Program-made: the position numbers and the translations under genes
Notes under the pieces: generated by a model
The model's input: the letters and a program-made list of their open reading frames with translations, nothing else
Told to the model about the DNA's origin: nothing
Database searches by the model: none
Shown: positions 13,100 to 26,057 of the stretch, piece after piece
Numbering within the stretch: the first letter of the stretch is position 1
Layout of the letters: every line of letters begins with the position of its first letter
NCBI RefSeq assembly: GCF_036321535.1
Contig: NC_087436.1
Span: 92,258,001 to 92,322,000 of the forward strand
Source of the DNA: Camelus dromedarius
Taxonomy: Eukaryota
DNA length: 64,000 nt
Direction: 5' to 3'

Positions 13100-14210
13100 T
13101 TTAAATAGCCTTATTACTTTCTTTTTCTTTTTTGTCTATTAATATGGCAAATTCTCTGTTGAGACCTGGGGTTACTGGGATAACCTTGATCTGAATAATG
13201 AATTACTGTTTAATAATCAAATGTTTGATTAGCTAATATTTAATTTAGAACACTGAAGTGTGCATTAACAAGTAAAATTGAGCTATAATTTTCTTGTAAT
13301 TGCCTTTATCTGGTATTGGAATCAAGACTGTACTACTAATCTCATTAAATAAGCTGATAGTGCTTCTTTTCTGGAAATAAATTTGTAAGATTAGTTTTTT
13401 CTTGAAAATTTAGTAGAAATTCCTCGTGAAACAGACTGGGGGCTACAAAGTTTTGGTAAGAGGAAGGTCATTTTAATGTCTGTATTGCTTACTGACCTAT
13501 ATCAATTTTTCTAATTTGGGCACTTTATATCTTTCCAAATAGACTTCTAATGACTTTTAATGACTTCTTATAAGTTATCAAGTTATCAAGCAAAATCTTA
13601 TATAGTTATTCATAATATTGTTTAGTTAAATTATGTCATATCTGTAGTTATTTTTTTCATTGTGTGTGTCTGTTTTCATTTGGTTTTTCTTTTTCTTGCT
13701 CAGACTCTTAGTTTTGTTAACATTTTATAGTTTTAACTCTTTATCAATTTCTCCTTTATTGTTATTAATTCCTCCTTCCTTGTTTATTTCAGTTTGTTTC
13801 TTTGGATTTTCTCTGTTACATTTTCAACTTCTTGAATGTTTAGCTTAATCATTTTCAAACTCTCTGTGTTCTGGTAAATTTATTTGAAACTATACATTTC
13901 CATCAAAGGACTGTTAGCCACGTCTTACAAATATGACAAATGAAACTTTATTGTTGTTTGAGTCCTAAAATTTCATAATTCCCTTCATGATCTTCTGTTT
14001 AGCCCAAGGATTGTTTATTAATATAAAACTGACATTCAGGATTATGTAAACTATACTTATTTTCTTCGTTAAAATTTCTAGCGTTAATCAATTGTGATCA
14101 GAGAATGTAGTTCATACGATATTGGTTCCTTGGAATGTACTGAGGCTCCCTTTATGGCCTAGTAAGTTTTCCATGTGAGAACACATTTTGTAAATCATCT
14201 GCGTGATCAC
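13100..14210 (-). mobile_element. Old L1 (L1M/L1ME-type) ORF2 relic
   Basis: T-rich strand with L1 antisense phrases (ttgtgatcagagaatgtag; tttatggcctagtaag; tctggtattggaatcaag). Confidence 0.65.
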
Positions 14211-14305
14211 TTTTATTCTCAGTTGCTTCAGTACTAAGTTGTGTTTTGTGCATATGCATTCTGTGTCTATGTACACCTTTTGGGAGACACAATTCAACCC
14301 AGGAC

Positions 14306-14707
14306 ACATGGCAAAAGGGACTTTGCAGATGTGGTTAACTTAACAATCTTGACATGGGGTTATTATCCTGGAGTATCCCGGTGGGCCCAGTGTAATCACA
14401 AGGGTCCTTCCAAGAGGGACGCAGGAGGTCAGAGAAGAGAGAAGGTACTACACTGCTGGCTTTGAAAATGGAGGGAGGAAGGAGCCATAAGCCAAGGGAC
14501 GTAAGTGCTTCCAGAAACTGGAAAAGACAAGGAACAGAATCTCCCCTGGAGCCTCCAGAAGAAACTAGCCATGTTGATACCTTGATTTTTAGCCCCATAA
14601 GACTCATTTTGGACTCTAAACTCTAGTTTTATAGGAGAATTGTATGTATTGTTTTAAGCTACTAAGTTTTCAGTCATTTGTTACAACAGCAATGGGAAAC
14701 AAAGACA
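14306..14707 (+). mobile_element. MLT1D-like MaLR LTR lacking its 5' end
   Basis: catggcaaaagggactttgcagatgtg...gggcccagtgtaatcacaagggtcc...gttttaagctactaag...tttgttacaacagcaatgggaaacaaagaca. Confidence 0.85.
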
Positions 14708-14967
14708 ACCCCCTTAGCTCTTTGAGGGTCTTTACTGTGCTTCTTTTAAATTCTTGACTTATCTGTCACCATACTTCTAATTCCTGTCATGTATGTTTCA
14801 TTATCTATCCTTTATGAATTCTTTGGGAATCTAGTTATTTTATTCTGTGAGCTTGTGTTCCCCTGGGGCTATCAGCTGTATCAGCCAGCCTGCCGGATAA
14901 TGTGTGCTGAAGAGCAGGAGTCTGCCCCCACCCTGCATCATCCTGGGCGAGCTTTTAGAAACAGCAG

Positions 14968-16572
14968 GGGAAGAGATTGATCATGATGGCAGAGTAGGAG
15001 GACAGGGACTCAACTCCCCAACAAACACATCAAAAACACATACACATGCAGAATTCTTAATGAAAACCAACTGGAAACTGGCAGAAAGACTCCCGTATAA
15101 CCACGGCTGTAAAAAGATCCACACAGAATCAGATAGGAAGGGAAGAGAAGCTATGAGACCTGTGCCCGTGGGAGGGGGACTCTGAGGAAAGGAGAGATTA
15201 CACAGGCAGAGATCCTCCCTGGGGAATGAGTGGTTCAAGCCACATACTGGGCACCCAGCCCTGGGGTCTGAAAAAGGAAAGACAGGCCCCCTTGGCTGGT
15301 TAGATGGCTGGGGGAACTAACAGGAGGGCTGTGGGAAGCCTGGACTTTGCTGGTGAGGACCGCACAGATGCTTGCTTGCTCCCAACGCAGGAAGGAGAGG
15401 GTGGCTTGAAACCACACAGGTGGCTGACTGGTTTCCAGCAACCACCTGAGCTCGCACCCAGACTGAGCCCAGTGAACGCTCCAGCACCATGTGCCTCAGG
15501 TCACAGCTCCACACTGGAGGGAGGGCCGCCACACCTGAGGGAACAGCTCGGCCATGAGACACTGAGGTAGTTCAGTCCCTAAATGGTGCCTGAGCAGGGA
15601 GGGGCAGCATTTCTGATGCCTGCACAGGCAGTCTGGATCTCTGACAGTGGCCAGACCAAAGCAGTCCATGCCCTGATCTTCACCAAACACCCATCCAGCC
15701 CCTCTTGCCCCAGCATGCTCCCTTCTCAGGCTAGGGTACTGGTGATGGGAGGGGAAAAGCATACACTTAAAGGGAACTGAGCCAGCTCAGGCCGACCCTC
15801 AGGGCTTCTGCTCCAGCAACCCCACCCCTAATAGAGCTGTAAAGGCCACTGAAGAGAGAGGAAGCCTCACCTCACACTCAGCTCCAGCCCCAGCCCCTCC
15901 TTCTCCAGCCCCACCTCCGACCAAGGTGATAGCTGCCAGCACACCCCGAGGAAAGATGTGACTTGTGTTCACATCAAATCCAGCTCTCCCACCAAAGCCA
16001 GTGGGCACACACAGACTGTATAAGGACATTCTCACAGAGGGATACCCCTTCAATACCACAGTAGGTAACTGTTTCACCTAATTTCACTGACAGATAGAAA
16101 GATCAGCAAAACGAAAAGGCAAAGGAATTTGTCTCAATTGAAAAAGCAAGGGAAAACCCCTGAAGAAAAAAAAAAACTAATGAAACAAAAATAAACAATT
16201 TACCAAGCATTAGTAATAAGAATGTTAATTAAATTAGGGAAAAGAATAGATGAACACAGTGAGAATTTTTAACAAGGAACTAGAAAACATAAAAAAGAAC
16301 CAGTCAGAACTGAAGAATACAAAATGAAATGAAAACCACACTGTAAAAAACTAAATAGTAGATTAAGTGATACAGAAGAATACATAAGTGATCTGGAAGA
16401 TAAAATCATGGAAAAAACCCAATCAGAACAGCAAAAAGAAAAACAGATTTTAAAAATGAGAACAGTTTAAGGGATATTCAGGAGAACATCAAGGATGCCA
16501 ACATTCACGTCATAGGGGGTCCAAAAGGAGAAGAGAGAGAGAAGAGGGTCGAAATGCACTTGCTGAAATTAT
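14968..16572 (+). mobile_element. L1 5' UTR plus disrupted first half of ORF1 (3'-truncated)
   Basis: Starts ggggaagagattgatcatgatggcagagtagg and is GC-rich to about 16080. An A-rich ORF1 relic follows (gatgaacacagtgagaatttt, ctggaagataaaatcatggaa, atagggggtccaaaaggagaagagagaga), with frameshifts. Confidence 0.85.
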
Positions 16573-17176
16573 GTTACATGTAGCGCATGTTACTTAAAAA
16601 GGCCTTTTCCTTGTGAGTCTCTTGTTTATAGACTGTGAGTACTACCATGTCCAATGTCCCATATTTAGGAATTCAACCTACGCATAAGGGGCAGGAAAAA
16701 TGAGCCTCCTGAGGAGGAAAGCAGTATGAACTGACGTCCGCCAAGCCTTTCTTCAGACGATTTACCCTAGTTACTGACTCCCATACAGTTAAAAAGGAAT
16801 CAATAGGAATCACTTTGTTTCTTTAAATGTACTTTGTACAGTTTGGTAGAGTGTTTATCACTTCAGTCTACAGAATTAACAAGCATAATTACACACACAC
16901 TCATTCAGAAGCCTAAATAATGAGACCCCCCCTCCAAGAGTCACTACAGAAAGCCAAACAATAGATGCACATGAATTATAACAATTGGAACCACTGGGTC
17001 CAGAATAAAAAAGCAGCATAATATCTTCAAAGAAATAAAGGAGAAAAGTGTATATGTATGTATTATATATATAATATATATATTCTAAGATTTCCCCTCA
17101 TGTCCTCCCTCCTTTATTTTTCTCCACGAAACATAATTTATGCTGTATTTACTGTACACATGCTGGCTCAATATTC

Positions 17177-17432
17177 TTTTTTTTAAAACCACCTTATTGA
17201 AATGTTAACTTATAAAAAGCTATCTCTAGTGCATATAATTTGATGAGTTTGGAGGTACATATACACTCATGAAACCATTACCATACTCAACGCCATAAAC
17301 ACATCCATCACATCCAAGTTTCCTCCCACCTTATTTATTTATTTGTTTGATTATTTATTTATTTATTTATTTATAAGATCCTAACATAAGATCTATCCTG
17401 TTACAAAATTTGTAAGTATACCATACATCATT
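17177..17432 (-). mobile_element. L1MA/MB-type 3' terminus
   Basis: Poly-T, then ttattgaaatg...aatttgatgagtttgg...aacataagatctatcctgttacaaaattt. Confidence 0.75.
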
Positions 17433-18143
17433 TTTACAAAACTGCAACGTTAAAACAGCATATGGTACTGGCATAAAAACAGATATAGACGAAAGGAGCA
17501 GAATAGAGATCCCAGAAATAAACACACACGTATGGAGTAAACTGATCCTCAACAAAGATGCCCAAAGTACTCAATGGGGAAAGGATAGTCTCTTCATTAA
17601 ATAGTGCTGAGAGAACCGGATATCCACGTGCAAAAGAATAAAATTCGACCCTTTCCTTATACTGTACAGAAAAATGAATTAAAGACTTACATGTAAGACA
17701 TGAAACCATAAAATTCCTAGAAGAAAACATAAGGAATTAGTCTCTTGACACTGACCTTGGCAATGATTTCTCAGATCTTGATGCTTAGACACCAAAAGCA
17801 CAGACAACAAAAGTAAAAATAGACAACTGGGATTATATAAAACTAACAAGATTCTGCACAGCAAAAGAAACAATCACCAAAGTCAAAAAGGCAACCTCCA
17901 GAATGGGAGAAACCATTTGCAACCCATACATCTGATAAAGGGTTAATATCCAAAATATACTTTAAAACTCCTTCCTATAACTCAATAGCAAAAAAAAAAA
18001 ATTGATTTTAAAAATGGGCAAAGGACTTGAATACAAATTTCTCCAAAGAAGACATACAAATGGCCAACGGGTATATGAAAAGGTGCTCAACATCACTAGT
18101 CATCAGGGAGCTATAAGTCAAAACTACAATAAGAGATCAACCT
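17433..18143 (+). mobile_element. L1 ORF2 fragment (inverted relative to the adjacent 3' terminus)
   Basis: Encodes frameshifted [15 protein letters not shown] and [10 protein letters not shown] motifs, homologous to the L1 at 29298-31019. Confidence 0.9.
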
Positions 18144-18669
18144 AACATTCTTATTAACGCATTTCAAAGCAGGGCCACAGTTATATCACCTTGTGCATAT
18201 GATAATCAAGCCCAATTCTCTCTTGGAGGTCAAGCTCATAAAAGAGAAGGACATTATTCCCAAACAGGAGGACAACAGAAAGGAAGGCATTAGGGACTCT
18301 GGGGTCAGCCTGTCTTATTTTCTTTAGGCTTTCTCAAGATACACGGTGTATTTTTTTGCCTGTTGAGTGATGAGCGATTCTGAGCACACTCTGAGCATTC
18401 TATAACCATGGAATTGTTTGTTCCTTTACAAATGGAAGTTTTATGATCTCTGTGCCTCATCAGTAACACTGCTTTGAAACAGCATGGATAGGAATCAGGA
18501 AAGCAGGTTCCAAAAATTCCAGTTCTGCCATGAAACTTTAGACAGGTGATTTAATTTGTCTGTAAAATGAGGACAGTAATACTGCTCAGGATTATTTTAA
18601 GGGTCAATTGAGGTCACATAAATTCTCAAAGAGCCTAAGGTCTATCAAGGAATCTTCTGTAGTTCTAGA

Positions 18670-19360
18670 AATATAACACTTGGTGTGAAGTGGAAAGTGT
18701 AATATTCCAGCTATTAAATAATGAAGAAATGTTAGGTAGTAATAAATCTAGGTAATGCTTAACAATAACTATTAACATCACACACATAAAAAGGGAGACA
18801 GACATCATCTATCATGTATTCCTAAAAAAAAAAAAAACCAAATCAGATCAAACCATCAAGCTAAGACTCTAGATCGAATTGCCAGTTTTCAGGAAATACA
18901 GGCGGCAAAAATACAAGTTAAATGACACCATAAGGAAGCAATCATCAAAGTCCAAAATTAAAGAAACTCTACAAGATAAATTGCTTTGTTTCTTCAACAA
19001 CTTGCTAAGGGAAAAAAAGAGATAGGAGGAATTTATAGATTAAGAGAAACGAGACGTGAAAACCAAGTGAATGTGTGAATATTGTTTGGAAATTGATTCA
19101 AACAGCCTAAGATTAAAAAATTATTTTAGAGACAATCAGGGAAATCTGAATAATGACTCAACACTTCTTGATATTAAGGAATTACTGTCAATTTTTTAGG
19201 TGTGTAGTGGAATCGCAGTTACGTTTTTAAGCAATTTGTTATCTTTTAGAGAGACAAACTTAAATATTCATGGATAAAATGATGTAATGTCTGGGAGCCT
19301 CCTCAAAATAACCAGAAGGTGTAGGGGGATGGGGGTTGCAGACAGAAGTAGGTGGGGACA
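18670..19360 (+). mobile_element. Old L1 (L1MC/ME) 3' UTR
   Basis: gttaaatgacaccataaggaagcaatc; gatattaaggaattactgtcaattttttaggtgtg; tatcttttagagagaca. Confidence 0.65.
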
Positions 19361-20365
19361 GACATGAACCTCCTAGTAAATACACCCAGACAACGAATTA
19401 AAATAAGGACATTATAAGCATAGTACATGAAGTATGAATTAAAAATCTGTTTTTAGGAAATCTTGAACACGCCATGCTCCCTGTGGAGTAAATTAATATT
19501 CACCTATCACAAGCATAATTTACACTAACACAAGTTCCAACAAGTTCTCAGGAGTCAAAAATCACAAAACATGGAAACATTATTTTTTTTAACACTAAAC
19601 TTTGAGGTTTTAAACACAAATCAGTGAGAAGAGTGTCTGTTTATTTCCACAGAAGACTAAACAGTTCTAGAGATACCAAAGCCTTGTAATTTGCACATCC
19701 TTCCTTATTTTTTCAAAGTATAATTGGAAAGGTGGGTTTTATCTTTTCAGCTGTGAAGGGAATCTGGGGAACGCTTGTGAGATTTATGCTCACCAGCCAT
19801 GACCCTCAAAAAACAAAGAATTCTCGGGGTATTTTTAAAAACTGGTTTGTGATGTACCATTTGTTCCTCAGGCTCCAAGACCTTTTACCGTGGATGCTAC
19901 AAATGCATTTCAGCTGCAAATTATTTGCACTGTTAAACTTTACAGCCCATAAAAACATTCATGCTGATAAAAAAAATTGAAATACTAGATTTCCAGGAAG
20001 AAAAATGAAGGCAAATTACCAGCCAACTTTTCTATTTTTAGCAGATTAAATAATCATAATGACTAGAGACTTCAAAGCATCTTGGCTTTATATACACTTC
20101 CTTAAATATATATAAAACTAAAAAATTTTGGAAAAAACCTTTAAAAGGAAAATAAAGTATATCTTTAAACACTCAAGCTCAAAAGTCCCCAGTAACATCC
20201 AGTATAGAGTATAGAGACTACCTTTGGCTTTAGTTCTTGAAACCGACAGCGTTTAAAAGTAATTCTGTAATTAGAGGATGTCCCAAACAACATGAAGGGA
20301 AAAATCGCAGAGCCACCCCATCTCAGACACATGAATCTATCCTCCTTTCATTAAAGGATGGAATC

Positions 20366-20835
20366 ATATTAGTTTGCTAGGGCTGCAGAAACAGAGTGCA
20401 TGCCACAAACTGAGTGGCCTAAACAAGAGAAATGTGTGGTCTCCCAGTTCTGGAGGCTAGATGCCCACCATCAAGGTGCTGGCAAGGTTGGTTCCTCTGC
20501 TGGCTGCGAGGACGAGCCCCCCAGGCCTCTCCCCCAGCTCCTGCTGGTTTGCCAGCAGTCTCTGGCGTTCACTGGCTTGTAGAAGCACCACCTTGATCTC
20601 TGCCTTTGTCTTCCCATGGCATTCTCCTTGTGTATGTGGCTGTGTCCAAATTTCCCCTTTTTATAAGGACAGTAGTCATACTGGTTCAGAGCCCTTACTA
20701 CCCCAACATGATCTGATCTTAACTAATTACATCTGCAACAACACTGTCTCCAAATAAAATTACATCCTGCGGTACAAGGGATCATTAGGACTTCAACATA
20801 GGAATTTAAGGGATTGAACAACTCAACCTATAACA
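20366..20835 (-). mobile_element. MLT1C-like MaLR solo LTR
   Basis: tattagtttgctagggctgc...cagttctggaggctag...aattacatctgcaac...actcaacctataaca. Confidence 0.9.
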
Positions 20836-21196
20836 GGAATTAACATAATTTATTTGCTCAGATGGTATACAAATGCAATCATCCAGGACACACACAGGGC
20901 AGGGGGGAGGGGAGCAACTAAATTAGAAAGGATCTCTACATATCAAAGCTGTATAGATCTATTTTGTTTCAATAATTCATTTATGCATGCATTCAAGAAA
21001 ACATTGAAAAATATCAACAATGGAAAGACACAATCGGGGATAAAGGAGCTCACATGCCTTAAGGGACAACCTGAGACACGTGCTCTGCACAGACAATTTT
21101 TTAACTTATTATTCAACATTCATTTAGTGGCAGTGGAAAGAAACTAATATCTTACTAATAAAATGACGTATTTTCTTTATTTCAAAATCATGCATT

Positions 21197-21234
21197 ATGT
21201 TGGTGGTATAGTGGTGAACATAGCTGCTTTCCAA
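21197..21234 (+). pseudogene. Tailless retropseudogene of the 5' half of tRNA-Gly(TCC)
   Basis: atgttggtggtatagtggtgaacatagctgctttccaa matches GCGTTGGTGGTATAGTGGTGAGCATAGCTGCCTTCCAA at 34 of 38 positions. Perfect direct repeat aaatcatgcatta at 21185-21197 and 21233-21245. Confidence 0.9.
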
Positions 21235-22044
21235 ATCATGCATTAAAACTATAATTAACATTTGCTTTTATTTGGGAAATTCTTCCTAGTCACAGTTTTC
21301 TGTCATTCATAATTAAATAATGTTAATAATTCATACTTATTAAAGATCAAGGTTACAAGACTAGCTACAGCGAATTTGTTCAACAAATATTTGAAAGTGT
21401 TCTGGCTGCCATGTTGGCAAAACAGTTCCTACTTTTTTGTAGTTCTTGATCTCTTTTCCGTCTTTTTTTTTTTTTTTTTTTGCAATTTTCAAACTGAATG
21501 AAGTCTTGGGAGGCATACTTAATGGTTCAAACGCTAGATAATAAAATAAAGCACTCATTCTCCTCAAATAGCACTACCCCAAGCCAGAATTTCAGATGAG
21601 TATGAGTGCCAACTTCAGGGAGCTGTCACTGGCTGGTTTCACAACGCACTATACCCATGTATCCCAAAGAGAGTACTCGGAAATAAAGAACACCTGTGGG
21701 GAATCTCTTTAAAGTCTGTTTGTTGGCCCCGTGTAGTCAGAGGTAGAGAGCAGGAATGATACACACTGTGCTGGGTGTGTAAGGAATTACTTATAGAACT
21801 GTGGCTTGATAAACACCATACTCCCCATTCACTCCAGTGAGATTTTAGTATCTCCTTATGAATTGGAGCCCCAAGAAGCTCTTTGATGTGTCCCTTAGTT
21901 AGTTTTGCTAACTAGTAGGGGAAATGAACACATAAATCAGGGATCTCAAAACTGGGGACACTGTGCAGCTAGAGGAAAAAAACCAGAACATCACTGTGGT
22001 CTGTCTTTTTTCCAGCTTTACGCACCAGGGAAATCAACTCTCAA

Positions 22045-22278
22045 GTGGTGCAGAGTCTGGAACAGACGTCTGGGTACAAATCTCACTTCTGGCATTTATT
22101 AACTATGTGGCCTTGGGCAAATCATTTGACCTTTCTGTATCTTGTTCGCCTCTTGTACATAACAGTAATAACAACAGTGCTTGCTTTGTGGAGCCTTGTA
22201 CAGGTCAAATATATGAATACCTGTAGACTGTTTGGAACAATGCTTGGTGCATACTAAGCACAAATGCTCGCTATTATT
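22045..22278 (+). mobile_element. MIR SINE
   Basis: agagtctggaacagacgtctgggtacaaatctc...tgtggccttgggcaaatcatttgacc...gaacaatgcttggtgcatac. Confidence 0.8.
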
Positions 22279-22629
22279 AGATGTTTGTAACTGAAGAGCA
22301 AATTATTTTGCTTGATGTTACATGTTGATCTGAACTTCAAACAAGTGAATTTCTTAGTTGGCGTAGAGTGGGCAGTGAAGCAGCCAGGTGTACATCCTAC
22401 TCAATAAGCTTCCTGAAAGGGAAACACTGATCTCTCTCTCCAGGGCAGTCCCACCCCCAGGCAGATGCTCTCTGACCACGCTGATCCTGTTGGACAGCCT
22501 TCAGAAGGCACTTTGCTAAATAGAAAAGAACCACCCAGCACCCTGGTGCACACTCAGCTTACTGAGTCAACCAGCCTCTTACATTTCCTTAATTAGCACG
22601 CACAGACTTCTGCTATGGACTTTCCCTTT

Positions 22630-23408
22630 ATCCCCTTCTTATCAAGGAATAATTGAACAATTTAATAAAATTGTACATATTAAAAATATACAATATGATG
22701 ATTTGGTATACATTGTTACATGATTATCAAAATCAAGTTATTTAATATGTCCATCACTTCAAATAGTTAACTTGTGTGTGTGTGTGTGTGGAGTGACAAG
22801 AACACTTAGGACCTACTCTCAGCAACTTTCAAGTATATATACAGTTTTGCTAATAGTCACTGTGTTGTACATTGGCTCCTCAGAATTAATCTTATAACTG
22901 AAAGTTTATACCCTTTGACCTACATCACCTTATTTCTCCTCATTTCTCCTACCCTCTACACCTTGGCAACCACCATTCTCTTCTCTGTTTCAGTGAGATT
23001 GGTGCTTTTTTCTTTATTTTTCTTTTTTATATTCCACATATAAGTGATACCATACAGTAGTTGTCTTTCTCCAACTGGCTTATTTCCCTTAGCGTAATGA
23101 ACTCTAGGTTTATCTATGTTGTCACAAATGGTAGGATTTCCTTTTTATGGGCTTAATAATATTCCATTATATATGTATATATAATACATTTTCTTTATCC
23201 ATTATTTGTTGACACACACTTAGGTTGTTTCCATATCTTGGCAACTGTGACTATTGCTGCAATGAACATGGAAATGTAGATATCCTTTTTTCATCTCTTT
23301 TGGACATACATCCAGAAATGGGATTGCAGGATCACATGGTAGTTCTATTTTTAATTTTTTTGAGGAACCGCTATACTGTTTTCCATAATGACTGTATCAC
23401 TCTGATAC
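22630..23408 (-). mobile_element. L1MA-like 3' end containing a (TG)9 tract
   Basis: cttggcaaccaccattct; ttccacatataagtgataccatacag; tttttgaggaaccgctatactgttttccataatg. Confidence 0.9.
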
Positions 23409-23439
23409 AAATTTTGAGAATGATATTTAAAATGCTAAG

Positions 23440-23812
23440 TGTTATGGACTAAATGATTGTGTCCCCCAAAATCCTATGTAGAAGCCTTAACCCCCAATGT
23501 GATGGCATTTGGAGGTGGTGTCTTGGGGAGGTAATTAGGTTTAGATGAAGTCATAAGGGTGGAACCCCCACAATGGGATTAGTGCACATTTGAAAAGAGG
23601 AAGAGACCAGAGCCCTCTTTCTCTCTGCTGTGTGAGGACACAGCAAGAAAGTACGCCTCTGCAAACCAGGAAGGGGGCTCTCAGCAGACAGCAAATCTGC
23701 TGGCACCTTGATCTGGGACTTTCCAGCCTCCAGAGCTGTGAGAAATAAACATTTATTGTTTAAGCCACCCAATCTATGTATTTTATTCTAACAGCACAAA
23801 CTGATTAAGATA
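23440..23812 (+). mobile_element. MLT1A-like MaLR solo LTR
   Basis: tgttatggactaaatg...gtgagaaataaacatt...ctgattaagata. Flanking 5-mers ctaag/ctagg fit a 5-bp TSD with one mismatch. Confidence 0.9.
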
Positions 23813-25099
23813 CTAGGTAATCACCTTTGGATGGTTGTTGATTCTTCTCAGGGTCTTTCAAATGCCACCTCTAAGGTATAGATTAGCATTTACTTATACA
23901 GGCACTCAGATAACACTGTTTATACTGAAATGATTTTAAATTACAGACTATAAAATATTAGAGTGTTGTTTTCTGGGTATTCTTTGCCAATAATTATTAA
24001 TATATACAAAATTGGTAAGTTATAACTAGGATAAACATCTATTTTAAAGATGAGAAAACTGAAGCACAGAAATCTATCTACTAGATTTGTGACAATACTC
24101 AGCCTTAGATCTTTTACTTGTATAACATGGTCATAGTGATGAATACATACGATAACGAATGTAAATTCCTTCTCTCAGTGCCAAGCATTCAGGAAGCATT
24201 CAATGAATTATAATTTCAACACTCTAAATGAAATATAAATGAATTAAAGAAGTTTTGCACCCTCACTTTAATATCTGAGAGTACTGCCTCCAGGTAGTAA
24301 TAGAATTTTACTCTTCTACAAAAGTTCAGAGATAATTCAAGACCAATCCCTCCAAGAAAGAAGCTTAAAGAAATTTTTTACTGGCCTGAGAGAGCACAGA
24401 AAATCTTACTATAGCTAAAGCCTGACTAGGGTCTACTATTGGCCAGTAAAACATTTATGAATTAAATCCTCTTTATGTTTTATTTAACATAACTATCCTC
24501 AATGTACTACATCCCAAGCATGGCCTTTCCTGGTTACCTGTGTTTCTTAGAAGCCATTCCAAGCATCTTATTATCTTGTTCATTTCTCTTTGGCTATTTT
24601 CATGATCCTCCTTTTGGGGCTATGTCAATAGATAAGTGACATCATTCTAGAGGGTTGCCTTGTGGCCCTGATTCTGGCGCTAGTCCGTCAATTTCAGTCT
24701 TGGCCCAATGCCACGTTAGTTTCATACTGATTCACCAGTTGGCAAGAAACCAAAGTGTTTCTAGCCCTGGGAACTACAAGAGACAAAATGAAGTGGAGAT
24801 GGCAGCACAGAAACCCAAAGTCAAAGGCTCACTTCCAGCTCTTGGCCCAGCACTGAATACAGGAGGAAAATATTCAATAATGCCAGCAGACACTGGGAAT
24901 TTTACAGGGTATGCTGAGTAACTGTTGGCTTTTTCACAATTTCTGGCATGAACAATGCATTGAAAGAACACTAAATCACCAATGATTTTTTCCCCGTTTC
25001 TAAAACTCTAAAATCCAAACTATTTTTCCTTAAAGTCTTTGATTTGAAATGGATATTAGAGGTTTTAATTCAGCCTCCCAAACAACACCAAGTTTTATA

Positions 25100-25210
25100 A
25101 CCGTCCCTCAGATGACAGCCAGCTCCACTGTTTGACAGATCAGTTATTAGAAAGTCTTCATTTCCATTCAGTGAAACCCGCCTTTCTGTAACTTTCAGGT
25201 GCTGATCAGA
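25100..25210 (-). mobile_element. L3/CR1 fragment
   Basis: ccactgtttgacagatcagttattagaaagtcttc...gcctttctgtaacttt resembles the recalled reverse L3 3' region. Confidence 0.45.
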
Positions 25211-25639
25211 AAAATCAATCCTAAGACCACAGCATTTCAAAATTGGCAAGAATCTCGAGATGGTTCTGCTCTCTAGAACAACCGCAAATTAAATCTTATC
25301 ACATTAGAACGCATATGACTTAGGATTTCCTGAATAATTAATCACCTCAAACATCCTAAAAAACCAACGTTTATTATCTCTCGTCTGGGTGATTCTTCCA
25401 GTCTGGCCGGATGGTCTGGGGTGGCCTGATTCACACACCTGGCAGTTGTGAGGCTGGTGGTTCTGGAGGTGGCCTCAGCTGGGACTGTTTGGTCTTTGCT
25501 CCACATGGTACTTCGTCCTCCAAGAGGCAACCCCGGGCTTCCTCATATGGTTATGTCAGGGTACCAAAGAGCAGCACTCTTACAGCCTCTGACGTACCAC
25601 GTTTGCTAACATCCTTTTGGTCAAAGCAAATCGCATGGG

Positions 25640-26057
25640 TGTACTGGGTTAGATAGTGTCCCCTATTAAGTTCATGTCCTTCCCAGAACCTCATAATGTG
25701 AACATCATTGGAAACAGGGTTATGACAGATGTAATTAGTCAAGTTATAGTAAGGTCGTAATGCAATAGGGTGGGCTCTTAACCGATGTGACTTGTTTTCT
25801 TATAAGAGGAAAAGAAGAGACATAGAAACACACAGGGGAATGCTGCGTGATGACTGAAGGGGACCAAGGGTTGCCATCAACATCAATAACTAAGAGAAAG
25901 GCATGAACAGATTCTCCCCTGGAGACTCCAGAGAGAGCCTGGCTCTGCCAGCACCTTGATTTCATAATTCTTGCCTCAAAAACTATGAGAACGTTTCTGT
26001 TGTTTTAAGCCCCCCAGTTTGAGGTGGTTTATTATGGCAGCCCCGAGAAACAACACA
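25640..26057 (+). mobile_element. MLT1B/C-like LTR nested in an older opposite-strand MLT1 (about 25340-26180)
   Basis: tgtactgggttagatagtgtcccc...ttctgttgttttaagcc...ggcagccccgagaaacaacaca. The flanks join as ttggtcaaagcaaatcgcatg / accaaacagagattcaag. Confidence 0.85.

Noticed and set aside
14904..16077. Cluster of overlapping 65-93 aa ORFs
   Set aside because: All lie in the GC-rich L1 5' UTR, where stop codons are scarce.
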